Assembly: GCA_016926915.1 (NCBI GenBank)
Contig: JAFGNR010000083.1
Location: 1 to 48,691 of the forward strand
DNA length: 48,691 bases
Direction of reading: 5' to 3'
From: Anaerolineae bacterium
GTDB lineage: Bacteria > Chloroflexota > Anaerolineae > B4-G1 > SLSP01
In this document: piece by piece, positions 26,548 to 35,491 of the stretch
Layout of the letters: every line of letters begins with the position of its first letter
How positions within the stretch are numbered: position 1 is the stretch's first letter
Made by a program: the position numbers and the translations under genes
Notes under the pieces: model-generated
The model's input: the letters and a program-made list of their open reading frames with translations, nothing else
Databases searched by the model: none
Told to the model about the DNA's origin: nothing

Positions 26548-28356
26548 ATGCCGATTCGACTGTTGTCCGAAGATGTCGCTGCACGCATCGCCGCCGGCGA
26601 AGTTGTCGAGCGCCCCGCTTCCGTGGTGAAGGAACTGCTCGAAAACAGTCTTGATGCTGGCGCGACTGAAATTCAGGTTGAAACCCGGGAGGGAGGTAAA
26701 TCCTTGCTCCGCGTGCAGGACAACGGCGCGGGCATTCCAGCAAACGATGTCGAATTGGCCTTTCGCAGGCACGCCACGAGCAAGATCGAAACTGCCGAAG
26801 ACTTGCAGCGTATCGCCACCCTGGGATTTCGGGGAGAAGCGCTCGCCAGCATCGCTTCAGTCAGCCGCATCACGTGCACCACACGACACCGGGAAGAAAT
26901 GGTGGGGACGCGGCTACGGATTGAGGGGGGCGCCGTCATCGCGCGTTCGCCCAACGGGCGCGCCCCGGGGACCGATATGCACATACAGGATTTGTTCTAC
27001 AACGTCCCGGCGCGGCGCAAGTTCCTGCAAACGGAAAAAACCGAACGTCGTCACATCGACAGTTTCTTGACCCGGTATGCCATTGCCTATCCTGAAGTCG
27101 CTTTCCAGGTAGTGCACGACGGTCGCGAAATCCTGCGGACTGCCGGGGGAGGTTCGGTCGCAGAAGCGCTTATCAGCGTATATGGGCTCGATCTCGGCGG
27201 CAGTCTGCTCGCCATCCCCCCGGCGCTGACCCACGATACCCCCATCAAAGTCAGTGGATTCGTCGGGCCGACCACTGTGCACCGCGCCAACCGGGGATAC
27301 ATCACGCTGTTCATCAATGGACGCTGGATCCAGGATTTGAGAACAACCTATGCCATCATTCAAGCCTATCACACGTTGCTCCCGGTCAACCGGTATCCGG
27401 TGGCGTTCGTCCTGCTTGAAATGCCGCCGGAGGACGTGGATGTGAACGTGCATCCTGCCAAAACGGAGGTGCGCTTCCGGGATGGCGACACTGTTTTTCG
27501 CGCCGTGCAGCGCGCCGTCCGGAGCGCCGTGATCGAGATGGCGCCGGTTACGGCAACGTGGCAGCCGCCCAATTCTCCCGAAGCGGTCACGACCGGTGAT
27601 GCTCCGCACCCTCCCAAGATAGGACTGGCGACACTCAAACCGGCCCCGCTATTTTCGCCGGAAACACAAGGCACACCGCCCCGCACCGCGAGCGGGCAAA
27701 ATGCAGCCCCACTCCTATCCCGAGATCCAGGGGCAGAGACTGTAGGAACGTTAGCCGCCTCGGGGGATGCTCCCCCCCAGATCCCCCCCCTACGTGTACT
27801 GGGGCAAGCCTCCACCATGTTCATCGTAGCCGAAGGTCCGGATGGCCTCTATCTTATCGACCAACACGCAGCCCACGAGCGCGTGCTTTACGAACGGCTA
27901 CTCGGCGACTGGATGCAAGGGGAAGTCCAGGCGCAAGCCCTGCTTGACCCAGTCTCCGTTACGTTGCCGGCAGATGAAGCGGCGCAACTGGAATCGCAAC
28001 TCGACACGCTCGCGCGCCTGGGCTTACAAGTGGAGAGTTTCGGCCCCAATACCTTCCTGGTACGCTCCACACCGGCCCTTCTCGGCGCCATTTCTCCGCA
28101 AGCTCTGCTGGCAGACATTGCGGCAACAGGAGAAGAACAGCGCTCACCGGTGCGCGAAGGGCTGGAAGCCCGGACCGTTCGCAGAATCTGCAAACGGGTA
28201 GCCATCAAGGCCGGACAGGTATTGGCGCGAGAGGAAATGGAGCAGCTCGTTCATGAATTGGAAAGATGCAGGAATCCACGAACCTGCCCACATGGACGCC
28301 CTACGCTATTGAAGCTTTCCGTCGAGCAACTGGCATCGCAATTCGAGAGAACCTGA
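26548..28356 (+). CDS. mutL: DNA mismatch repair protein MutL
   Basis: MPIRLLSEDVAARIAAGEVVERPASVVKELLENSLDAGAT is the canonical GHKL N-terminus. The C-terminal block is QHAAHERVLYE. The ATG at 26548 follows AGGAGG by 7 nt. The ORF-track TTG at 26431 is an upstream extension. Confidence 0.95.
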   Translation: MPIRLLSEDVAARIAAGEVVERPASVVKELLENSLDAGATEIQVETREGGKSLLRVQDNGAGIPANDVELAFRRHATSKIETAEDLQRIATLGFRGEALASIASVSRITCTTRHREEMVGTRLRIEGGAVIARSPNGRAPGTDMHIQDLFYNVPARRKFLQTEKTERRHIDSFLTRYAIAYPEVAFQVVHDGREILRTAGGGSVAEALISVYGLDLGGSLLAIPPALTHDTPIKVSGFVGPTTVHRANRGYITLFINGRWIQDLRTTYAIIQAYHTLLPVNRYPVAFVLLEMPPEDVDVNVHPAKTEVRFRDGDTVFRAVQRAVRSAVIEMAPVTATWQPPNSPEAVTTGDAPHPPKIGLATLKPAPLFSPETQGTPPRTASGQNAAPLLSRDPGAETVGTLAASGDAPPQIPPLRVLGQASTMFIVAEGPDGLYLIDQHAAHERVLYERLLGDWMQGEVQAQALLDPVSVTLPADEAAQLESQLDTLARLGLQVESFGPNTFLVRSTPALLGAISPQALLADIAATGEEQRSPVREGLEARTVRRICKRVAIKAGQVLAREEMEQLVHELERCRNPRTCPHGRPTLLKLSVEQLASQFERT

Positions 28357-28373
28357 AGAAAGGAGAGAACGCC

Positions 28374-28670
28374 ATGGCCGTCTTTCTGATGTTGTCAAAA
28401 CTTTCGGTTCATTTCCCGGGGGAGGTCAAATCCCTTGCCCAGCTCGATGGGGAGCTGGAGCAGCGTCTGAAGACCGATTTCCCCAACGTCAAACGTATCG
28501 CCAGTTACGTACTGCTTGGCGAATATGACTTTCTGCACATCTTTGAGGCCCCCGATGCTGCCGTTGCCGCTCGCATCGCACTCGTCATCCATTCTCTCGG
28601 CATGGGTTCGACACAGACGCTCACAGCGATCCCATTCCAGGAATTCCGTGACGTCATGGAGGAAGCATAA
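28374..28670 (+). CDS. GYD-domain protein
   Basis: About 98 aa with GEYDFLHIFEAPD (the G-x-YD motif). The ATG at 28374 follows AAAGGAGAG. Confidence 0.7.
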   Translation: MAVFLMLSKLSVHFPGEVKSLAQLDGELEQRLKTDFPNVKRIASYVLLGEYDFLHIFEAPDAAVAARIALVIHSLGMGSTQTLTAIPFQEFRDVMEEA

Positions 28671-29117
28671 GTGCAGACCACGCTCACACCCGCCGAACAA
28701 AAACTCATCGACGATCTTGCACAAAAAATCGTCAAGAGTTACGGCATCCGTCGGCCTCCAATTCCTGTCGAAACTATTCTCAAGCATCCCCCTATCCCAG
28801 AATTGGAGGCCGTAGATATCACTGACCTGTCGCTAGTTTTCGGGATAGGCGAGCATCCGTATGAATACCGTATGGCGATAGCCAGGCTCCTATATCGTGA
28901 AATCTGCCGCAGCCAGAGCCTGGCCGCCGGTCTGCCTATCAACCGGGAAGCCGCGCGCTATTTTGCCGCATGCTTACTCATTCCCAAAATCTGGATCCTC
29001 AAAGCCTTGCGTAGACCGCGCGTGACGCTGCAACAGCTGAGTGAAGCCTTTCAAGTGCCCGAATACGTGATGACCACACGGCTTGCCTATCTGGGAAAAG
29101 AAGTACGTGGTATGTAG
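28671..29117 (+). CDS. ImmA/IrrE (M78)-like protein with degenerate metal site
   Basis: The layout resembles M78 peptidases, including the helix REAARYFAACLLIP. The expected HExxH position reads REICR (28896-28910). The GTG start directly abuts the GYD stop codon. Confidence 0.5.
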   Translation: MQTTLTPAEQKLIDDLAQKIVKSYGIRRPPIPVETILKHPPIPELEAVDITDLSLVFGIGEHPYEYRMAIARLLYREICRSQSLAAGLPINREAARYFAACLLIPKIWILKALRRPRVTLQQLSEAFQVPEYVMTTRLAYLGKEVRGM

Positions 29118-29157
29118 TCAACCACGATGCATAGCAGCGCGGATCAAGGAGGGGCCT

Positions 29158-30030
29158 ATGAAACGCTGGTGTTGGTTTTGCCTGGAGTTGGGGCTGATGC
29201 TGGCCCTTTCCACAGGAATTGCCCTCGCGCAAGACGGAAGCGCCGTTACCGATACGGATTCCCTTTGGACCATGCTGGCGCCCATCACCGCAATCGCCAC
29301 AGCTACCGAGCGCATCCTGGAGTTCTTCTGGGATCGCTTTGAGAAGAAAGACATCCGGCCAAACAAAACAGGTGTGTCGGATCCCAAAAGCGATCCGCAC
29401 GTGTTTCGCAAGAAACAGTGGTCACATTGGCTTGGCATGGCCTCCGCTTTCATCATGATCGGTCTGACCAATGCACGCTTTTTCCGCCTGCTGGGAATCG
29501 ACGTCCTGTTCGCCAATCTGTTGCTTTTCAATCTCAATGTCGGCGGGATATTCGATGACTTCACCATCGGTACGGTCATCGACTGGTTAATGACCGCGGG
29601 GATCATTGGCTGGGGAGGCACCGAACTGGTCCACAATCTCATCGAAGGCTTAGTGAAAGGCCGGAGTCTCTGGAAAGAAACCCAACAGGTACGGGAAGGC
29701 GAACGCGTTTTGACAGAGACGAAGTTGTTCCACCACTATCTGCTCCCCCAGGTGGAACGACTGGGGATTTCGCGTGAGGCTTTTCTCCAGATGATCAGCT
29801 GGCTTCGTGAAGCTGGCATCCCGCTGGATGACTTCGCAGGTGCGGTCATTGGACAAACCACTGACCAGCTCTTCGAGGCCATGGAAGCCAGCCCGGAAGG
29901 CGTCAGAGCTGCGGAGGCGTTGCGGAACTTGCTCGAAAGGGAAGAACTTCCCGATAGTGCATTGATCGAAGTCCCCAATCTGATGAAGGCACTGACGCCG
30001 GATCTGGCCTCACGACTCAACCAATCGTAA
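29158..30030 (+). CDS. Hypothetical secreted/membrane protein
   Basis: The ATG at 29158 follows AAGGAGGGG. A signal-peptide-like N-terminus (LGLMLALSTGIALA-QD) is followed by at least two further hydrophobic segments and an acidic helical C-terminal domain. Confidence 0.55.
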   Translation: MKRWCWFCLELGLMLALSTGIALAQDGSAVTDTDSLWTMLAPITAIATATERILEFFWDRFEKKDIRPNKTGVSDPKSDPHVFRKKQWSHWLGMASAFIMIGLTNARFFRLLGIDVLFANLLLFNLNVGGIFDDFTIGTVIDWLMTAGIIGWGGTELVHNLIEGLVKGRSLWKETQQVREGERVLTETKLFHHYLLPQVERLGISREAFLQMISWLREAGIPLDDFAGAVIGQTTDQLFEAMEASPEGVRAAEALRNLLEREELPDSALIEVPNLMKALTPDLASRLNQS

Positions 30031-30092
30031 CGACGCAGTTTGGGGAATGCTTCCGGTCTGGGTGAAGTCCCCTTCTTGCAGTGCAGTCAATG

Positions 30093-31583
30093 TTACAACT
30101 CGGATAGTGAAAGGCTGGCTCGGAAGACGCCGCCCGCCGCAGCTGTCCGACTCACGACCCAGGCTGTCAAAGCCAGCATGACGCCAAGATGTAGCTGCAC
30201 GTTGTTGACCATCAAATTGTCAACCAGGCCGTGAACCGCATAGTGGGTCCAGGCTCCTAGAAGTCCCAAGGCCAAGCCGCGGCGCCAGCCTTCCAGAATG
30301 TGCACCGCGCGCCACAAACGCCACAGAATGGCAACTAGAAACACGCCATAGGCCATCAGCCCCAGCAAACCCGTCTCGGCCAACAGATTCAGATAGAAGT
30401 TATGAGCATGACCTAAGGCATAAGGCCAGTTCAATAACCGGTAATCGGGATAGGCAGCCTCGTAACAACCGATTCCGACGCCAGTCCAGAAATTCGCGCG
30501 CCACATCTCGAGCGCGGCTTGCCAATGCGCCATACGTTCCAACACGGCGAAGTTCTCATCAGTAATCGCCGCCCCGCGTACATCTTCGAACCGCGCATAA
30601 TCAAGAAATCCCGTCAAACGCTCGGCAACTGAAGAGGGCAAAACACCGGCGCTGTAAACCCCCACTCCCCCAACGATAACGATCAACGCCAGGAGCAGCC
30701 CCCAGGTACTACGTTTTGGAAGCCCGACGACCATCAGGAGCAGCGCAGCCCCAAATCCCATCCAGGCGCCCCGCGACCACGATCCATAAAGACCTATCAG
30801 AATAATCAACAACGCCCCCACCACCAGGCCCAACCATCTCCGGAGCGCAGCGCGATCTCTGAAGAAGTCGAACAACTGCCCCAGCGCCAGACCAGCAAGC
30901 AGGGCGCCCCCCATCCCGACAAAACCGCCAAAGGGGTTGGGCTGCTCGAAAGTCCCATACGCGCGATAACGTCCGGATCCCAGCATAAAGTGTACCGGTC
31001 CGTAACCCCGCAGCACGAACTGCCAGATTCCCAACACCGCTTGAACCAGCACCGCGCCTACCAGGGACGCTATCAGGGCGATGATGCGCGGCCCGGCGCC
31101 ACGGACGCAGATTCGATCGCAGACAAGCACAAACAGGAGCATGAGCTGCCCCCATTTGGCCCACTCCGTAAACCCCAGCCAGACATCCGCAGGATTCCAC
31201 AGAGAGAGCGACGCGCTGATCCCAAATACCAGCAGTGGGACTGAAAACGGCAGCAAGTGGGGCAGCATGAGCGCGCGGTCGCGAAGACTGCGAAGCACCC
31301 AAGCCCCAACCGCAATGACAAAAAGAATCTGCCCCACTTCACTGGGGATTTGCGAAGGCTGAGTTGCCAACCACGCACGCCAGGGGCCTAACACCAGAGC
31401 AGCAGCGACACCGACAAGCGGTTCGACGAGACTGCCGAGCGCCACGCCTACCAACAAAAACAGGAAGAGACTTACCGCGAGGGGCAAATAGGCGACGGCC
31501 AATCCCGTGACCACACTGACCACGAAGAATCCCCCCACAAACCAGGGGGAAACGAGAACCGGAGACTTCAATACTCCACCCAT
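30093..31583 (-). CDS. O-antigen ligase (Wzy_C)-like polytopic membrane protein
   Basis: About 12 hydrophobic segments with the motif GSWSRGAWMGFGAALLLM typical of the O-antigen ligase/Wzy_C loop. The start overlaps the Nudix gene end by 16 nt. Confidence 0.65.
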   Translation of the reverse strand: MGGVLKSPVLVSPWFVGGFFVVSVVTGLAVAYLPLAVSLFLFLLVGVALGSLVEPLVGVAAALVLGPWRAWLATQPSQIPSEVGQILFVIAVGAWVLRSLRDRALMLPHLLPFSVPLLVFGISASLSLWNPADVWLGFTEWAKWGQLMLLFVLVCDRICVRGAGPRIIALIASLVGAVLVQAVLGIWQFVLRGYGPVHFMLGSGRYRAYGTFEQPNPFGGFVGMGGALLAGLALGQLFDFFRDRAALRRWLGLVVGALLIILIGLYGSWSRGAWMGFGAALLLMVVGLPKRSTWGLLLALIVIVGGVGVYSAGVLPSSVAERLTGFLDYARFEDVRGAAITDENFAVLERMAHWQAALEMWRANFWTGVGIGCYEAAYPDYRLLNWPYALGHAHNFYLNLLAETGLLGLMAYGVFLVAILWRLWRAVHILEGWRRGLALGLLGAWTHYAVHGLVDNLMVNNVQLHLGVMLALTAWVVSRTAAAGGVFRASLSLSEL

Positions 31584-32035
31584 TCGGTCAACCGGAGATC
31601 AAGATCATAGACGAATTTCGCCTGGAAGAATGGCGTTTCAGGTGAAAGCACGCGCGGAGCAAAAATCGCATCGGCCTGGGGGATACTAAGATGATTGAAA
31701 TAGGCATCTAACGGGATCCAGGCCAGTTCCCCCTCACGAAGGTCAGGGGTCAATACACCATGAAACTGCACGGAGGCATAAACAAAGAGGAACCATTGCC
31801 AGTCCTCCCGCTCAGACACTTCGGTGATGAAGCCGCGAAAGGTCAGCGCCTCAACCACCAACCCGGTCTCCTCAAGAATCTCACGTCGCGCAGCATCAAA
31901 CGGCGACTCATGTACCTCCACCTTCCCACCGGGCGCCACCCAGAGACCCAGATTAGGTTCTTTGTTGCGGCGCATCAACAGCACCTCATCGGCGCGGCGG
32001 AGATAGACCAGAACAGAGGGAATACGGGGCATCAT
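31568..32035 (-). CDS. NUDIX hydrolase
   Basis: Nudix box [24 protein letters not shown]. The start MMPRIP at 32035 forms an ATGA overlap with the upstream stop (32032-32035). The ORF-track start at 32146 lies inside the upstream gene. Confidence 0.85.
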   Translation of the reverse strand: MMPRIPSVLVYLRRADEVLLMRRNKEPNLGLWVAPGGKVEVHESPFDAARREILEETGLVVEALTFRGFITEVSEREDWQWFLFVYASVQFHGVLTPDLREGELAWIPLDAYFNHLSIPQADAIFAPRVLSPETPFFQAKFVYDLDLRLTEWVEY

Positions 32036-32982
32036 CCCGCCCCTTGACGTGTGCGGAAGAACTCCGCAGTGCGCTTCAGTCCTTCCGCAACGGATACTTG
32101 GGGTTCCCACCCTAACAGAGTTTTGGCGCGCGAGATATCGGGGCAACGAACCTTGGGGTCATCGCGCGTACGTTCATCGGTGGGATGCAAGAACGTGATT
32201 GCAGAACGACTCCCTGTAACCGCAATGACTTTTTCCGCGAATTCCAGGACAGTGAATTCCGTGGGGTTCCCCAGATTGATCGGATCATGAACGTCGGCAG
32301 CCATCAAGCGGACAATTCCTTCGACCAGATCAGAAACGTAACAGAATGACCGCGTCCGCAATCCATCATCGTAAACCGTCAGTGGATCTGCGCGCAATGC
32401 CTGGCAAATGAAATTCGGCACCACCCGGCCATCATCAGAACGCATGCGAGGTCCATAGGTGTTGAAAATGCGCACAATACGGGTATCGACGTGATGATAG
32501 CGATGGTAGGCCATCGTCAACGCCTCGGCAAACCGTTTACTTTCATCATATACCCCGCGCGGCCCGACCGGGTTGACGTTCCCCCAGTAGGTTTCCGGCT
32601 GCGGGTGCACCTGCGGATCACCGTAGACTTCCGAAGTAGAGGCCAAAAGAAACCGGGCGCCCTTGGCGAAGGCCAGGCCCAACGTATTGTGCGTGCCCAG
32701 CGCACCGACTTTCAAAGTCTGTATAGGGAAGTTCAGGTAGTCTACCGGGCTAGGAAGCGATGCCAGGTGCAGCACCATATCCAGGTCTCCGGCTACATAG
32801 ATGTAATGTGTCACATCGTGCTTGATGAAGTGAAAACGTGGATGCCCCGATAGGTGGGCGATGTTAGCGACAGATCCGGTACTGAGATTGTCCATGGCGA
32901 TGACGTCATGACCATCCGCCAGGTACCGATCACACAAATGAGAACCAATGAAACCTGCACCGCCGGTGATGAGTATACGCAT
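32032..32982 (-). CDS. UDP-glucuronate decarboxylase (UDP-xylose synthase, SDR family)
   Basis: Near-colinear resemblance to UXS enzymes: [44 protein letters not shown] and DGRVVPNFI. The ATG at 32982 follows AAGGAG. Confidence 0.9.
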   Translation of the reverse strand: MRILITGGAGFIGSHLCDRYLADGHDVIAMDNLSTGSVANIAHLSGHPRFHFIKHDVTHYIYVAGDLDMVLHLASLPSPVDYLNFPIQTLKVGALGTHNTLGLAFAKGARFLLASTSEVYGDPQVHPQPETYWGNVNPVGPRGVYDESKRFAEALTMAYHRYHHVDTRIVRIFNTYGPRMRSDDGRVVPNFICQALRADPLTVYDDGLRTRSFCYVSDLVEGIVRLMAADVHDPINLGNPTEFTVLEFAEKVIAVTGSRSAITFLHPTDERTRDDPKVRCPDISRAKTLLGWEPQVSVAEGLKRTAEFFRTRQGAG

Positions 32983-32992
32983 CTTCTGCTCC

Positions 32993-33020
32993 TTGTCTGA
33001 TATCACGTTGCGATTATACT
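32993..33020 (+). promoter_or_regulatory. Promoter of the THEP1-like NTPase gene
   Basis: TTGTCT (32993-32998), 16-nt spacer, TATACT (33015-33020). Confidence 0.5.
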
Positions 33021-33053
33021 CCAGAGGATTCAATCAACAAACAAGAGGAAAAG

Positions 33054-33578
33054 ATGGGCAAAACGCTGTTGCTCGTAGGACATCCCAGGAGCGGGAAAAC
33101 AACCATCATCCGCGAAGTCTGCACCACACTGGGTGATCGCGCAGGTGGGTTCTATACAGAGGAAATTTTCGGGCCTGGCGGAAGAAAAGGGTTTCACCTG
33201 GTCACGCTGGACGGTAAACGCGCGGTGCTGGCGCACAAAGACCTGCGGGGTCCGAAAAGCCGATTGGTGGGGCGCTATGGCGTCGATCTCAATGTATTGG
33301 AAAACACGGGGGTTCGGGCGCTTGACGAAGCGCGAAACGCCGGAAAAATCGTGATCATCGATGAGATCGGCAAAATGGAACTCCTATCCCAACGATTCCA
33401 GGAAGCTGTACTGCGGGCGATATTGGGACCTACGCCAGTGCTGGGGACGATCCTATACAAGCCTCATCCCCATGCAGACATTGTCAAGAGCCTGGCGCCA
33501 GTAACCCTGTGGGAGGTCAATCCGCTGACCCGTGACGCGCTGCCGGATCAAATTCTGGCCTGGCTATCCGCTCAGTGA
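33054..33578 (+). CDS. THEP1/NTPCR-type nucleoside-triphosphatase
   Basis: Walker A GHPRSGKTT, FYTEE, VGRYGV and Walker B IIDEIGKMEL are colinear with Aquifex THEP1 as I recall it. Confidence 0.8.
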   Translation: MGKTLLLVGHPRSGKTTIIREVCTTLGDRAGGFYTEEIFGPGGRKGFHLVTLDGKRAVLAHKDLRGPKSRLVGRYGVDLNVLENTGVRALDEARNAGKIVIIDEIGKMELLSQRFQEAVLRAILGPTPVLGTILYKPHPHADIVKSLAPVTLWEVNPLTRDALPDQILAWLSAQ

Positions 33579-33660
33579 CGACAGCCCCCTGGCCCAGCTC
33601 GCTTTCAACATTGAAAGTCTGTCTCCGCACGGGATTCCACTTTCCCAAGCCCCTTTTCTA

Positions 33661-33669
33661 TGCTAGAAT
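33661..33669 (+). promoter_or_regulatory. Extended -10 element upstream of the helical-protein/SPFH cassette
   Basis: TGcTAGAAT at 33661-33669. The -35 (TTTCCC) is weak. It would give a leader of about 95 nt. Confidence 0.45.
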
Positions 33670-33684
33670 AGGAACGTCAGAGGT

Positions 33685-33715
33685 CAAACCTGTGCAACCT
33701 GGATTCGCAGGTTTG
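33685..33715 (+). promoter_or_regulatory. Leader hairpin in the 5' region of the helical-protein/SPFH cassette
   Basis: CAAACCTG (33685-33692) pairs with CAGGTTTG (33708-33715) across a 15-nt loop. No U-tract follows, so it is not a terminator. Confidence 0.4.
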
Positions 33716-33770
33716 CGTATTACCTTTAGCCGGCAAACACCATTTGAAGGAGCCAAAGGAGGAACAAGGG

Positions 33771-34319
33771 ATGAACTTACTCGACCGCATCAAGGACGAC
33801 ATGTTTGGTCTGGAGCGTGGAATCGCCAATGTGGTCCCAGGCTACAAAGGCTACAAGCAAAAGGAACTGCGTCGCGAAGCCGATAAGCTGCTGCGAGACA
33901 CCATCGTATCACGCATGCGCACGGTCAAGACCCAGCTAGACGGCTTGCAGCAAGAGCTAATCGGTGCAGGCAAAATCGATCTGCTGGATGAGACCGGTAG
34001 CGCCGCAACACAACTTCAGATGTTTATCGATCGTGTCCGCACGGCGGCTTATGGGTACGGCGGTTTCTTCGACGCCGTCCGGATCAAGGAAGACGATTTG
34101 GATCGCGTCTATCAGTTCGACGCCGCGCTGCTCGATTACGCAGAACGCATTGAAGGAGCGATCGATCGAGCCCGCACAGGCATCCACGGCGAGGATTTGC
34201 GCGCGCATGTCCTCATGGTTCGCGACCTGGCGCGTGAGGCGAATGCCACTTTCGACGATCGTCGAGAAGTGATGACCGGGGCTTTCGATATCGGATCGAG
34301 CGCTTCTCCCGAGCTGTAA
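33771..34319 (+). CDS. Hypothetical all-helical soluble protein (182 aa)
   Basis: The ATG at 33771 follows AAAGGAGG. No TM segment and no recognisable motif; the composition is rich in charged heptad-like stretches. It ends 25 nt before the SPFH gene start (ATG 34345). Confidence 0.6.
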   Translation: MNLLDRIKDDMFGLERGIANVVPGYKGYKQKELRREADKLLRDTIVSRMRTVKTQLDGLQQELIGAGKIDLLDETGSAATQLQMFIDRVRTAAYGYGGFFDAVRIKEDDLDRVYQFDAALLDYAERIEGAIDRARTGIHGEDLRAHVLMVRDLAREANATFDDRREVMTGAFDIGSSASPEL

Positions 34320-34344
34320 CCTGTAAACCAAAAGGAGGTCATTG

Positions 34345-35388
34345 ATGGCTCGCATTTTCGATGTAATTGAATACGTGGACGAGGGACGGGGCGAAATCGT
34401 GCACCGCATTCCGGAGCGCGGCTCCGGCGATTTTCGCATCGGCAGCCAGTTGATTGTGCGCGAGTCACAGGCCGCCGTTTTCTTCCGCGACGGCAAGGCC
34501 CTCGATACATTTGGCGCGGGTCGCCACACGATCACCACCGCCAACATCCCGTACGTAGTCGACTGGGTCGGCAAGGCTTTCTCCAACCAGACGCCGTTCA
34601 AGGCCGAAGTTTATTTCGTGACGCTGCGTGAACTCAACGACATGAAATGGGGTACGCCGCAGCCCATTACCATTCCCGATCCGATTTTGGGCATGGCCCG
34701 CGTCACGGGTTACGGGACCTATGCCATCCAGGTAACGGATCCGCAGATGTTCGTATCCAAGATGGTCGGCACCCAGGGACTCTATCGCACGCGCGATATC
34801 GAGAGCTTCTTCCGGAGTATCATCATCAACAAGATGACGGATCTCATCGGCGAGATGAAGAAATCGGTCATCGAAATGGCGGCCTTCGTGGAAGAGCTCG
34901 CCGCTGGTGTGCGGGCGAAAGCTGCTGAGGAGTTCGCGGCCCGTGGCGTGACCCTGACTTCATACTACGTCGAGTCGATCGCGCCGACCGAGGAGACCGC
35001 GAAAGCCATTGACGCCCGGGCGTCGATGGGAGCTATCGGCGATATGAATGCTTACATGCAGTATCAAGCGGCGCAGGCGCTGCGCGAAACCGCTCAGAAG
35101 GAAGGCGGCGGCGCTGCAGCTACCGGCGTAGAGCTTGGCGCAGGCATCGGTTTGGGCGCCACAATGGCGCAGATGGTCAGCCAGGCCACCCAGCGCCCCG
35201 CCGCCCCCGCGCCGGCTGCGGCCGCGCCGGCTGCGGCCGCAGCAGCGCCCACAAACCCCCAAACAGCGGATGAAATTCAGGCCCTGCTGGATAACCTGGA
35301 CTCCCGCCTGGCCGCCGGCGAGATCAGCGAGAATGTCTACGAGCGACTCTACACCAAGTGGGAGACGCGCCTCAACAACATCAAGTAA
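34345..35388 (+). CDS. SPFH/Band-7 domain protein of the YdjI (COG4260) type with Ala/Pro linker and C-terminal SHOCT-like helix pair
   Basis: MARIFDVIEYVDEGRGEIVHRIPERGSGDFRIGSQLIVRESQAAVFFRDGK is the characteristic N-terminus of YdjI-like SPFH proteins. The C-terminus DEIQALLDNLDSRLAAGEISENVYERLYTKW resembles SHOCT. The ATG follows AAAGGAGG by 6 nt. Confidence 0.75.
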   Translation: MARIFDVIEYVDEGRGEIVHRIPERGSGDFRIGSQLIVRESQAAVFFRDGKALDTFGAGRHTITTANIPYVVDWVGKAFSNQTPFKAEVYFVTLRELNDMKWGTPQPITIPDPILGMARVTGYGTYAIQVTDPQMFVSKMVGTQGLYRTRDIESFFRSIIINKMTDLIGEMKKSVIEMAAFVEELAAGVRAKAAEEFAARGVTLTSYYVESIAPTEETAKAIDARASMGAIGDMNAYMQYQAAQALRETAQKEGGGAAATGVELGAGIGLGATMAQMVSQATQRPAAPAPAAAAPAAAAAAPTNPQTADEIQALLDNLDSRLAAGEISENVYERLYTKWETRLNNIK

Positions 35389-35409
35389 CCGGCAACGTGT
35401 GCAACGATA

Positions 35410-35451
35410 AAACATCTCGCCTGTCCATATGCGGCAGGCGAGATGTTTGTT
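35410..35451 (+). terminator. Intrinsic terminator after the SPFH gene
   Basis: A perfect 14-bp stem, AAACATCTCGCCTG (35410-35423) with CAGGCGAGATGTTT (35435-35448), has an 11-nt loop and runs into TTTGTT. It lies 21 nt after the stop codon. Confidence 0.75.
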
Positions 35452-35462
35452 GGAAGATAGCA

Positions 35463-35491
35463 TTGACGTACTCAAAAAAGCTCTGTATACT
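35463..35491 (+). promoter_or_regulatory. Promoter of the sensor kinase gene
   Basis: TTGACG (35463-35468), 17-nt spacer, TATACT (35486-35491). It sits in an AT-richer gap about 80 nt upstream of ATG 35570. Confidence 0.65.

Noticed and set aside
28671-29117. ImmA-like gene as a marker of a prophage or integrative element
   Set aside because: No integrase, repressor, att-like repeats, phage structural genes or compositional break occur around it. It is embedded between mutL and envelope genes.
7539-35475. Long antisense or off-frame ORFs inside confident genes (e.g. 7539-8129, 10252-10803, 21811-22401, 26914-27609, 30709-31302, 33957-34601, 34960-35475)
   Set aside because: Each overlaps a gene with clear family motifs on the other strand or frame. 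They have a skewed Arg/Gly/Pro/Cys composition typical of GC-rich shadow frames. None has an SD or promoter.
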